From an uncultured Actinomycetota bacterium (lineage in GTDB: Bacteria; Actinomycetota; Actinomycetes; JAFAQI01), in assembly GCA_963789615.1 (NCBI GenBank), contig CAWBLI010000005.1, positions 1,821,427 through 1,885,426 on the forward strand: a stretch of DNA of 64,000 nt. Reading direction: 5' to 3'. Below the pieces are notes generated by a model, which did not search any database, was not told the DNA's origin, and saw nothing but the letters and a program-made list of their open reading frames with translations. Every line of letters begins with the position of its first letter. Within the stretch, counting starts at the first letter, position 1. Of the stretch, positions 20,860 through 28,945 are shown piece after piece. The translations under genes and the position numbers were made by a program.

Positions 20860-21867
20860 ATGACCACCAGCCAGGCGGCGCCGAGCATCGAGGTCATGGA
20901 GGCTCACCGCCGCGAGTTGACGGCGTACTGCTACCGCATGCTCGGGTCGGGCTCCGAGGCCGAGGACGCGGTGCAGGAGACGCTGGTCCGCGCCTGGCGG
21001 CAACGCGGCGGCGTTCGAGGGCCGGTCGACGCTGCGGTCGTGGCTCTACCGGATCGCGACCAACGTCTGCCTGGACATGCACCGCAGCGTGCAGCGCCGG
21101 GCGCGGCCGATGGACCTGGTCGCGGCGAGCCCGCCGGACGAGAAATACCTCGGCCCGACGCTGCCCGAGGCCACGTGGATCTCCCCGATCGCCGACGAGC
21201 GGGTGCTGCCGGTGAACGCCGACCCGGCCGAGGTCGCCGAGGTCCGCGACAGCGTCCGGCTGGCGTTCGTGACCGCCCTGCAGCACCTGCCCGGCCGGCA
21301 GCGGGCGGCGCTGATCCTGTGCGAGGTGCTGCGCTGGCAGGCCAGCGAGGTCGCCGAGCTGCTGGACACCAGCACCGCCGCGGTCAACAGCGCGCTGCAG
21401 CGGGCGCGGGCGACGCTCGCCGCGACTGCCGAGCGAGACCACGCCACGTCCCGCGGAGACCGACACCGAGCTGCTCGCCCGCTACGTCGACGCGTTCGAG
21501 CGGTACGACATGTCGCAGCTCGTCGACGCTGCTGCACGAGGACGCGATCCAGTCGATGCCGCCGTTCGCGATGTGGCTCCAGGGTGCGCGACGACATCGT
21601 CACGTGGATGGTGCAGCCGGGGCCGAGCGAGTGCCGCGGCTCCCGCCTGATCGCGACGTGGGCGAACGGCTGCCCGGCGTTCGGCCAGTACCGCCCCGAT
21701 CCCGCGGGCGGCTACGCGCCGTGGGCGCTGCAGGTGATCGAGACCTCAGCCGGGCGGATCGCGTCGATCAGCGCGTTCCTCGACGTCGAGGCCATCTTCC
21801 CGACCTTCGGGCTGCCCGCACATCTGCCGCCGGAGGCCGACCAGCTCGAGCAGGCGCTCAGCTCTGA
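20860..21867 (+). pseudogene. ECF sigma-70 factor with SnoaL-like C-terminal domain (SigG/TIGR02960-like), 4 frame switches; 3' end uncertain
   Basis: Region 2 is '[28 protein letters not shown]'. Region 4 is '[41 protein letters not shown]'. The C-terminal domain is '[57 protein letters not shown]'. Switches lie near 21005, 21455, 21525 and 21590. In the final frame there is no stop until 22087. Confidence 0.78.
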
Positions 21868-22111
21868 TCCGACGTCGCTGAGCATCATGGCCTCGCCTCC
21901 GTCGTACGACGGAGAGCTGCAACCGGGCGAGCTGGTCGATGTCGGCGAGGTCGGGCGGGCGACCGTCACCGGCCAGCAAGCAGCTCGACAGCGTTGCGCC
22001 GCCGGGCCCGAGGACCGTGACCCGGCACCACACCTCGCTCAGTGCCATCAGCGGTTGGACGTGCGCGGGTCGACGGACTCATCGTGAGCCGGTCGTGACC
22101 ACAGTCCGTGG

Positions 22112-23437
22112 TCAGGCGGTGCCGTTGTGCGGCGCCTTGACGTGTTCGGCGGCGCGCACGATCTGCGCGTCGGTGCCGTCGACCGCCGTCGGGCCGCCAG
22201 GGATCGGCACGTACCAGACGTGCATCATCGGCGGCGTGACCCGGTGGACCGACCCGGAGGCGCACTCGCCGGCCGTGGTCAGGCCGACGACTGTCCCGAA
22301 GCTGCCGAAGCAGAGGTTGGTGTGGATGTGCCACGGCGTCAGGCAGCCGCCGGGCTGTGGCGGGTCGACGGTGCCCGGCCGCGACAGATACATCGTGGCT
22401 GCCAGCACGGCGCCGTTCGGGGTGTTGGCGTAGACGAGCGACTCCGGGTGCTTCGGGGTGATCACCGGGCCACCCTCGGCCGTCGCTTCGTACGACTTCA
22501 GGTTGAGGTAGTGCACGACCGGGAGCCCGGTCGGCGTGATCGGCACGTACCCGTCGGCCTTGGCCGCCGCGAGCGAGCGGAACTTCTGCGCATCGCGCCA
22601 GCTGGTGTTGACGAGCTTCACCGTTGCGGCCTGCTGGGCGGCGGTCGGCATCGCGCTGCAGGGCGCGGACACGTCCTTCATGCCGCCACCCATGTTCATC
22701 CCGGTCATCGTCGTCACCGCGCCGGCCGGTGAGCGGGTGGTCAGCCGCAGCGAGGCCAGGCTGGTGCCGGATGAGCTCGAGCTCGACGTCATGCCGGGCA
22801 TGTTCTTCATCCCGGACGTGTGACTGTGCGTCGTCGCGGCCGCGGGCGCGGCGGAGACCGGGCCGGACGCGTCGTCACTCATCGACATCGACATCTCGGG
22901 GCCGCCGTCGAGCAGCGCCACGACGAGCAGCACCGCCGCCACGACACCGGTCGCCCCGACGGTGAGGTTCGACGACCGGGCTCGGACCGGCTGCGGCGAC
23001 CGGCTCAGCAGCAGCGCGAGGCAGCCGACCGCGATCAGGGCCTCCAGCACGGTGCAGAACGCGTCCCCGAAACCGACCGGCTCGAGCTCGTGCGGCGTCG
23101 GCCCGACGACGTCGCCGACCGTCCGGGTGACGATGTACACGACGACGATGCCGCCGTTGAGTACGGCGCCGGTGGCCCACACCCACCGCTTCATGCTCAG
23201 CAGCGCGGCCCCGGTCCACGCGCCCTGGAGCAGGCCGGCACCCACCATGAAGGCGCCGAACGCCCAGTACTCCTGGTAATGCTCGTTCGCGACGTCGAAG
23301 TGGATGATCGCCGCGACGGCGCTCAGTACGGCGAGACACCGGGCCAGCGTCTGGGCCGACGTCGACATCATCGACGCGGGAGACGCGGTCGACCCGGTCG
23401 ACGGGCCCGACGTGGTCGGCTGGTCGTGGTCGCTCAT
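22112..23437 (-). CDS. hypothetical membrane protein with a Met/His/Ser-rich linker and a conserved-looking C-terminal domain
   Basis: Intact 441-aa ORF with the RBS 'ggagtg' 5 nt upstream of the ATG. About 4 hydrophobic helices lie in residues 30-190. The linker reads 'MSMSMSDD..HSHTSGMKNMPGMTSSSSSS..TTMTGMNMGGGMKD'. The C-terminal domain reads '..PESLVY..GGCLTPWHIHTNLCF..'. Confidence 0.75.
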   Translation of the reverse strand: MSDHDQPTTSGPSTGSTASPASMMSTSAQTLARCLAVLSAVAAIIHFDVANEHYQEYWAFGAFMVGAGLLQGAWTGAALLSMKRWVWATGAVLNGGIVVVYIVTRTVGDVVGPTPHELEPVGFGDAFCTVLEALIAVGCLALLLSRSPQPVRARSSNLTVGATGVVAAVLLVVALLDGGPEMSMSMSDDASGPVSAAPAAATTHSHTSGMKNMPGMTSSSSSSGTSLASLRLTTRSPAGAVTTMTGMNMGGGMKDVSAPCSAMPTAAQQAATVKLVNTSWRDAQKFRSLAAAKADGYVPITPTGLPVVHYLNLKSYEATAEGGPVITPKHPESLVYANTPNGAVLAATMYLSRPGTVDPPQPGGCLTPWHIHTNLCFGSFGTVVGLTTAGECASGSVHRVTPPMMHVWYVPIPGGPTAVDGTDAQIVRAAEHVKAPHNGTA

Positions 23438-23531
23438 TCAGTCACTCCGAGGCTCGCCCACCGGTACTGGGACTCTTCATGATCCGTTGTACAGCCGCGC
23501 ACGTCCACGTTTCCCGAGATCAGGTCGCTGC

Positions 23532-23814
23532 TCACGTGCCCACCACCGCCTGCTCGCGGGTCGAGTGGACGTAGGCGTCGCGGTCGAAGCGGCGCGCCTT
23601 GCGCCGGAACCGCCAGGTCCAGTCGGGCGACACCGTGGCGTTGCGGTCGGTCGCGTCGAGGTAGAAGCTCGAGCAGCCGCCGATGTCCCACACCGTGCCG
23701 CGCATCATGAAGTAGTTGGGGAAGCCCGGCTTCCATCAGCCGGATCGCCATGCCGATGCCCGAGAAACCGGCGCCGATGATGAGGACCTCCGTGTGTCCG
23801 GAGCGGGTGGTCAT
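23532..23814 (-). pseudogene. remnant of an FAD-dependent (EthA/Baeyer-Villiger-type) monooxygenase, internally deleted
   Basis: The N-terminus 'MTTRSGHTEVLIIGAGFSGIGMAIRLMEAG' (GxGxxG) runs, after a frame switch, directly into 'FPNYFMM' and then 'RGTVWDIGGCSSFYLDATDRNATVSPDWTWRFRRKARRFDRDAYV..*'. Only ~280 bp remain, where ~1.5 kb would be expected. Confidence 0.7.
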
Positions 23815-23886
23815 CCGCGTCCTCCCGGGGCCACGAAGAGCCGGTAAGTCACGCCCTCGTTAGTTTCGAAAACGTAACATGGGGAC

Positions 23887-24504
23887 ATGGCGCTAGCCAC
23901 CCAAACTCGTCCGCCGCGGGTCCGCATGACGGCGCCGGCCCGGCGCGAGCACCTGCTCGACGTGACCACCCAGATAGTGGTCGAGCGAGGGTTCCGTGAC
24001 GTGTCGATCGAGGCCGTGGCGAAGCGGGCCGGCATCACCCGAGCCGTGATCTACCGGCATTTCTCCGACCTACCCGCGCTGCTCGAGGCCGTCGTCGCCC
24101 GCGAGATGTCGCGGGCGCTGAGCCAGGTCTCCGAGACCGCGCTGACCGACCTGTCCACCGGGGATCCACTCGAGCTCATGCTGGAAAGTCTGCGCCGGTA
24201 TCTCGACGTCGTACAGCACAACCCGACGACGTGGCGGCTCGTGCTGACGCCGCCGGAGGGTGCACCCCCGTCGTTGCGCAAGAGCATCGAGCAGGGCCGA
24301 CGACTGGTCCTCGCCCAGCTCGCCGGCGCGGTGCGGCCGGCGCTCGACGCCGAGGCCGACCCGGTCGACGCGGAGCTCACCGCGCGAGTGCTGTCCGCGG
24401 TCTCCGACGAGTACGCCCGGCTGGTGCTCAGCGACCCGGTCCGGTTCTCGCCGGAGCGGGTGCTCCGCCACGCCGACTGGTGCCTGCACCGTCCCTCGCG
24501 GTAG
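23887..24504 (+). CDS. TetR/AcrR-family transcriptional regulator
   Basis: Intact 205-aa ORF with the N-terminal HTH 'REHLLDVTTQIVVERGFRDVSIEAVAKRAGITRAVIYRHF'. It is divergent from the monooxygenase remnant. Confidence 0.9.
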   Translation: MALATQTRPPRVRMTAPARREHLLDVTTQIVVERGFRDVSIEAVAKRAGITRAVIYRHFSDLPALLEAVVAREMSRALSQVSETALTDLSTGDPLELMLESLRRYLDVVQHNPTTWRLVLTPPEGAPPSLRKSIEQGRRLVLAQLAGAVRPALDAEADPVDAELTARVLSAVSDEYARLVLSDPVRFSPERVLRHADWCLHRPSR

Positions 24505-24530
24505 CGACGCGAGGCGACGTACTCGACTGC

Positions 24531-26075
24531 CTACCTGATGGCGTTGTTGCTGCGCGCCAGCGCGGCGCGTGCCTGCTTGTTGACGTACATGTCGGCATCG
24601 GCCCGGGCCAGCAGCGCGGTGACGTCCTCGCTGCCGTTCCAGACCGCAAACCCGATGGAAGTCGGATGCTGTCCATCCAGTGATCGATCGAGGCGGCCGA
24701 TGACGTCGAGAGCGCCGGCCGAGCCGGTGTTCTCGAGGACGACGGCGAACTCATCACCACCCACTCTGCCGAGCAGGTCGGTGGTGCGGAGCTGGCTGGA
24801 CCAGCAGCTGCCGACCGTCTTGAGGAGACGGTCGCCGGCCGCATGCCCTTGGGTGTCGTTGACCTTCTTGAAGCCGTCGAGGTCGAGCGCCAGCACGGTG
24901 ATCGGTTGACCGTTGCGCTGAGCGCGCGCGACGGCGTGGCCGAGGTGCTGGTACCACGCACGTCGGCTGGCCAGGCCGGTCAGCTCGTCAGTCACGGCGT
25001 GGGTCGTGAGCTGCGCGACCAGCTCGCTGCGGACCAACGCGGCGGCGATCGTGTTCGCCAGCAGGGCGAGCAGCTGTGCTTCGGGGCCGACGAACTCGTG
25101 GGCCTCGGAGGACCACACGATGAGGACGCCTTTCGCAACCTCGACATGAAGCAGCGGGATCACGATCAGCGAACGAGCGCCCACCTGCTGGCAGGCCTCC
25201 CGGGCCACGCGGGTGTCGCTCTCGCTGTCGGTGCAGATCAAGACCTTGCGGGTGCGGAAGCACTCGCCGGTGATGGAGGCGTCCGCGAGCAGCCGCATGC
25301 CGACAAACGGCGTGGCTGTGCCGGCTCCCGCGGCGCACACGACTTCGTCGCCATCGATCAGCTCGATGCAGGCGCCGTCGGCGGTGGAGACGGTCAGCGC
25401 ACCGTCAACCGCGGCGGTCATCACGTCCTCGACGCTGAGGTCGGCAGTTGCGATCGCGGTCTGCACCTCGATCACCCGGTCGAGCCCTGCGGCGCGGATC
25501 ACGGCGAGTTGCGCCGATCGCCGTTGCGAGGTGAGCACCCGGTTCGCGCCGAAACCGATCACGAGGGAGACGGCTGTCCACAGCGCGACCGAACGCCATC
25601 CGGTGGCTGGATAGAACGGTGCGCCGACAACGAGGATCGGAACCGCGAACAGCAGCGTCGTGCACGCGCAGATGGCGGCGACGGCTCGGCGGCCCAGTGT
25701 GAGCCCGACCCAGACGACGGACAGGATGGCCAGCGGCGAGTAGCCGGAGATGCTGCCGCCCTGCGCCTGCCGCAGCAGACCGAGCACTCCGTCGACCGCG
25801 ACCGGGAGCAGGAAAAGTGGCGCCGCCCGCCAGCCGCACCGCGACACTACGAGCGCCACGACGAGGGACCCGAGCGCGACAGCGGCGGCCACCCCCACCA
25901 GGAACCAGTCGGTGCCCGAGGTTCGCAGGCCGGTCGCGGCGAAAGCGAGAACCACCACGCCGATGAAGGGTGCGACCGGTCGGGCAATCGTCGCGACGGA
26001 CCCGTTGTGCGCGGAGCCCGATCGCGGTGCTCTCATGCTGGCACCATCGGCACTTCGGGCGCCCGCCATGAGCAA
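24531..26075 (-). CDS. membrane-anchored GAF-GGDEF diguanylate cyclase
   Basis: Intact 514-aa ORF with N-terminal hydrophobic helices and a central GAF-like region. The C-terminus reads 'DELTGLASRRAW..ALDLDGFKKVNDTQGHAAGDRLL..GRVGGDEFAVVL', with the GGDEF motif present. Confidence 0.9.
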   Translation of the reverse strand: MLMAGARSADGASMRAPRSGSAHNGSVATIARPVAPFIGVVVLAFAATGLRTSGTDWFLVGVAAAVALGSLVVALVVSRCGWRAAPLFLLPVAVDGVLGLLRQAQGGSISGYSPLAILSVVWVGLTLGRRAVAAICACTTLLFAVPILVVGAPFYPATGWRSVALWTAVSLVIGFGANRVLTSQRRSAQLAVIRAAGLDRVIEVQTAIATADLSVEDVMTAAVDGALTVSTADGACIELIDGDEVVCAAGAGTATPFVGMRLLADASITGECFRTRKVLICTDSESDTRVAREACQQVGARSLIVIPLLHVEVAKGVLIVWSSEAHEFVGPEAQLLALLANTIAAALVRSELVAQLTTHAVTDELTGLASRRAWYQHLGHAVARAQRNGQPITVLALDLDGFKKVNDTQGHAAGDRLLKTVGSCWSSQLRTTDLLGRVGGDEFAVVLENTGSAGALDVIGRLDRSLDGQHPTSIGFAVWNGSEDVTALLARADADMYVNKQARAALARSNNAIR

Positions 26076-26077
26076 CC

Positions 26078-26953
26078 TCAGGGGCGGATGACGCCTGCGA
26101 CGCGCCCTGGGACCGGGACGACGTTGACGTACTGGCTGGTGTAGGGGGCGTTGACCATCCAGCCCGCCCCGAGATACATGCCGACGTGGAAGGTCGGGTC
26201 ACCGAACAGGATCAGGTCGCCAGGCAGGATGTCGCGGCCCGGGATCATGCGTCCCTCGTTCCACTCGTACCCGGTGAAGGCGGCGAGCGAGAGGCCCGCG
26301 TGGGCGTAGGCCCACTGCACCAGACCAGAGCAGTCGAACGTGGTCGGCCCCGCGGCCGCCCACACGTATGGCTGACCGAGTTCCTTCAACGCACTGCGAA
26401 CAGCCACCATCCCGATCGTCGGGTACGTCGCAATCGGTAGATGCGGGTCGACGTACCGACCGTCTGGCTTCTGGAACAGCGCCGGCAGGAAGTGGGCGTG
26501 CCTCTTGTCCATTCCGAGGCCGCGACTGCCCGCGTCGTAGATGCCGTGCGTGAAGCGGTCCAAGGTATGGGTCGCGGTGATGTGCACGTGACGCGGATGG
26601 TGCTTCAGGCGGTGGGAGAGGTTGTACGGCACCGCACCCATCACGCCGCGGGTGTCCTTCGCGACGAGCCGGTGGTCGTGCCGCTTGGCGTCCCTGGTCA
26701 GGGCATACACCGAGGCGAGCAGCACCTTGGCGGGCACCCGGAATCGGACCGGGTGCCGAAGCGCTCCGGACGCCAGCGCCTCCTGCTCGACGGCCGCCGC
26801 TGCCGTGTTCAGGTTGCTCACGTCCACTTGAGCGGCAGCCGCGGACATCGCGCGCCGCTTGGGCGACGGCTTGTCATGTGTGGGCGCCGATGCCGCGAGG
26901 GTGAGTGCCAAGCAGGTCGCAAGGACGCCAACCGTCGCGCGTCGTACGGCCAT
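26078..26953 (-). CDS. secreted NlpC/P60-family peptidoglycan hydrolase
   Basis: I prefer the start at ATG 26953, which has 'ggagga' 3 nt upstream and gives a signal peptide 'MAVRRATVGVLATCLALTLAASA'. The C-terminus reads 'YVWAAAGPTTFDCSGLVQWAYAHAGLSL..GDLILFG..HVGMYLG'. The ORF track extends it to 27061. Confidence 0.85.
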   Translation of the reverse strand: MAVRRATVGVLATCLALTLAASAPTHDKPSPKRRAMSAAAAQVDVSNLNTAAAAVEQEALASGALRHPVRFRVPAKVLLASVYALTRDAKRHDHRLVAKDTRGVMGAVPYNLSHRLKHHPRHVHITATHTLDRFTHGIYDAGSRGLGMDKRHAHFLPALFQKPDGRYVDPHLPIATYPTIGMVAVRSALKELGQPYVWAAAGPTTFDCSGLVQWAYAHAGLSLAAFTGYEWNEGRMIPGRDILPGDLILFGDPTFHVGMYLGAGWMVNAPYTSQYVNVVPVPGRVAGVIRP

Positions 26954-27071
26954 GCGTCCTCCAGCGGTGACAGACAGGACAGACGTCAAGGAACGTACCT
27001 TTTGCTCGTCGGAGGGACCTGATGGGTGATTCGGCAGCATCCTGGCGGAGGTTGAGGTCACCGCAAATGCA

Positions 27072-27108
27072 CTCCGCCGCCCCCGGTCATCGACCGGAGG
27101 CGGCGGAG
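27072..27108 (-). terminator. strong GC hairpin downstream of the ABC operon
   Basis: 'ctccgccgcc' (27072-27081) pairs with 'ggcggcggag' (27099-27108). A nested 'ccggtc'/'gaccgg' stem has a 3-nt loop. It sits 16 nt after the SBP stop, and on the minus-strand transcript it is followed by 'ugcauuug'. Confidence 0.6.
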
Positions 27109-27123
27109 CAGTGTTGCGGTGGG

Positions 27124-28833
27124 TCAGGAGGCCGGGCTCAGATGCAGCAGCACGACCTCGTCGGTGCCGGAACCGGCGCCGTTGTTGGTGCCGGACGGTT
27201 GCCCGGTCTCATAGGGATTCTGCTGGGTCGGCCAGCCGACGAAGTGCTGCGAGTTGTACTCGAACCACTCCGAGGCCGTGGTGACCGGGATGACCGGCAG
27301 GTTCTGGGCGACGTACTTCTCGATGGGTGCGAGAGCTGCCGTCTGCGAGGGAACGTCCTGCGCGGCGGCGACCTTGGCGAGGTCGGCGTCGATGGTCGGG
27401 TTCTTCAGGCCCTCGTAGTCACCGGTCGCGGCGGTGCCGTTGTCCAGTGAGCTGTCGAGCCAGTTGTCGTAGAGGTTGTAAGGAGTCAGGCCGTTGTTCG
27501 ACCAGTGCTCGGCGACCTGGAAGTTACCGTCGGCGACGTCAGCGTTCCACGCGCTGACGCTGATCCCGCGGAACTGGGCTTGGATGCCTGCGGCCTTGAG
27601 CTGACCGGCGACCATCGACCCAACCTCTGCGTAGTCGGTGTAGGCCGACGGGCTGATCAGCGTGATCGAGACGGTCTTTCCGTCCTTCTCGTAGTAGCCG
27701 TTGCTGCCCTTGGTGAAGCCGGCTGCCTTGAGCACCGACTGCGCCTGGGCTGCATCTCCCGTTGCGCTCACCGTGTCCGATGCCACCGGCTGGCTCCACG
27801 CGGCGAACGTCGGCAGCGTGATGCCACTCGCGTTGAGCACTGGGTCTTCCAGTCCCGCTTCGCCCTCGGAAGCGAGCAGCTGGCGATTCACCGCGAGGCT
27901 GATCGCCTTGCGGACGGCGAGCTGGTTGGTCGGCCACTTGTTCAGGTTGGGGATCAGCGCATTCGAGCTGCCCGGTGCTTCCCAGAAGTGGTGGTGCGCA
28001 GGGTCCTTCGAGACGAAGGACTTCTGCAGACCTGGGATGAAGTTGCCGGTCCAGTCGATCTTGCCGGAGAACAGCGCCGACAACGCACCGGTGTTGGACG
28101 TGTACGCCGGGAAGAAGACGTTCGCGACCTTGACCTTCGAGGCCTGCCAGTACGTCGGGTTCTTCGTCATCGTGAAGCCCTGCGGGGTGAAGCTCTTGAG
28201 CTTGTAGGGCCCGGTGCCGACCGGAGTCGCGTCCGCGTACGTCATCGGATTCGAGACGCTTCCCCATACTGACTGGGGAAGAATCGGCACGCCCGCGATC
28301 TCCTGCAGGTTGGTGTACTGCGGGTTCGGGAAGGTCAGCGTGACGACGTTGCCCGAGGTGGTCACGTTCAAGATCTTGAGGCCGGCCAGGTTCATCGCCG
28401 GGGTCTTCTTGACCAGGTTGTACGTGAACGCGACGTCCGCCGGAGTCATCGCGGTGCCGTTGTTCCACTTCACGCCGCTACGAATCGTGAACGCGACTGC
28501 TTTGCCGCCGTCCGACCACTTGTAGCCGGTCGCCAGCCACGGGTAGTACGTCGGGGGATGCGCCAGGTCGAACTGGATCAGCGGCTCGTAGACCAGTCCG
28601 GTGGCTCCCATGCCCTGCGGTGCGGCAGTGGAGACGAACGGGTTGAAGTCCTGGGTGATGGTGCTTTCCGGCGAGCTCTCCATGACCAGCGTGCCCGAGG
28701 CACCGCCGCCCGAGGAGTTCGTCTTAGCGGCGCTATTGTCGCTCGAGCTCGATCCACATGCAGTAGCAACGAGCGCGATGACGCCAATAGCGACAAGGCT
28801 CGCCGTGCGTTGTTTCCTCAGCCGTCTTGCCAT
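27124..28833 (-). CDS. ABC transporter substrate-binding lipoprotein, family 5 (Opp/Dpp type)
   Basis: Intact 569-aa ORF with the lipobox 'LVAIGVIALVATACGSSS'. The family-5 body includes '..GLVYEPLIQFD..GVKWNNGTAMTPADVAFTY..GTGPYKLKSF..'. The RBS 'ggagag' lies upstream. Confidence 0.9.
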   Translation of the reverse strand: MARRLRKQRTASLVAIGVIALVATACGSSSSDNSAAKTNSSGGGASGTLVMESSPESTITQDFNPFVSTAAPQGMGATGLVYEPLIQFDLAHPPTYYPWLATGYKWSDGGKAVAFTIRSGVKWNNGTAMTPADVAFTYNLVKKTPAMNLAGLKILNVTTSGNVVTLTFPNPQYTNLQEIAGVPILPQSVWGSVSNPMTYADATPVGTGPYKLKSFTPQGFTMTKNPTYWQASKVKVANVFFPAYTSNTGALSALFSGKIDWTGNFIPGLQKSFVSKDPAHHHFWEAPGSSNALIPNLNKWPTNQLAVRKAISLAVNRQLLASEGEAGLEDPVLNASGITLPTFAAWSQPVASDTVSATGDAAQAQSVLKAAGFTKGSNGYYEKDGKTVSITLISPSAYTDYAEVGSMVAGQLKAAGIQAQFRGISVSAWNADVADGNFQVAEHWSNNGLTPYNLYDNWLDSSLDNGTAATGDYEGLKNPTIDADLAKVAAAQDVPSQTAALAPIEKYVAQNLPVIPVTTASEWFEYNSQHFVGWPTQQNPYETGQPSGTNNGAGSGTDEVVLLHLSPAS

Positions 28834-28945
28834 GGTCTCTCCTGTCCCGTTCGGTATGTCGGGGTCGTGGTGGGGGTGCTGCGGGGTCGGGCGCTGGGGG
28901 CGCTGGATGCGGGAAATCGGTGCGGGTGGGACGTCTAGCCGGCCG

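Noticed and set aside
23438-23531. ECF-type promoter ('GGGAAAC'..'CAACGG') upstream of the Met-rich membrane-protein gene
   Set aside because: The -35-like element has an extra A relative to GGAAC, and there is no CGTT-type -10 at the right spacing. It cannot be distinguished from chance.
23853-23872. TetR operator candidate 'gttagTTTCGAAAacgtaac' between the TetR gene and the monooxygenase stub
   Set aside because: Only the 8-bp core TTTCGAAA is palindromic, and the flanks do not pair without a bulge. It is plausible but too weak to call as a feature.
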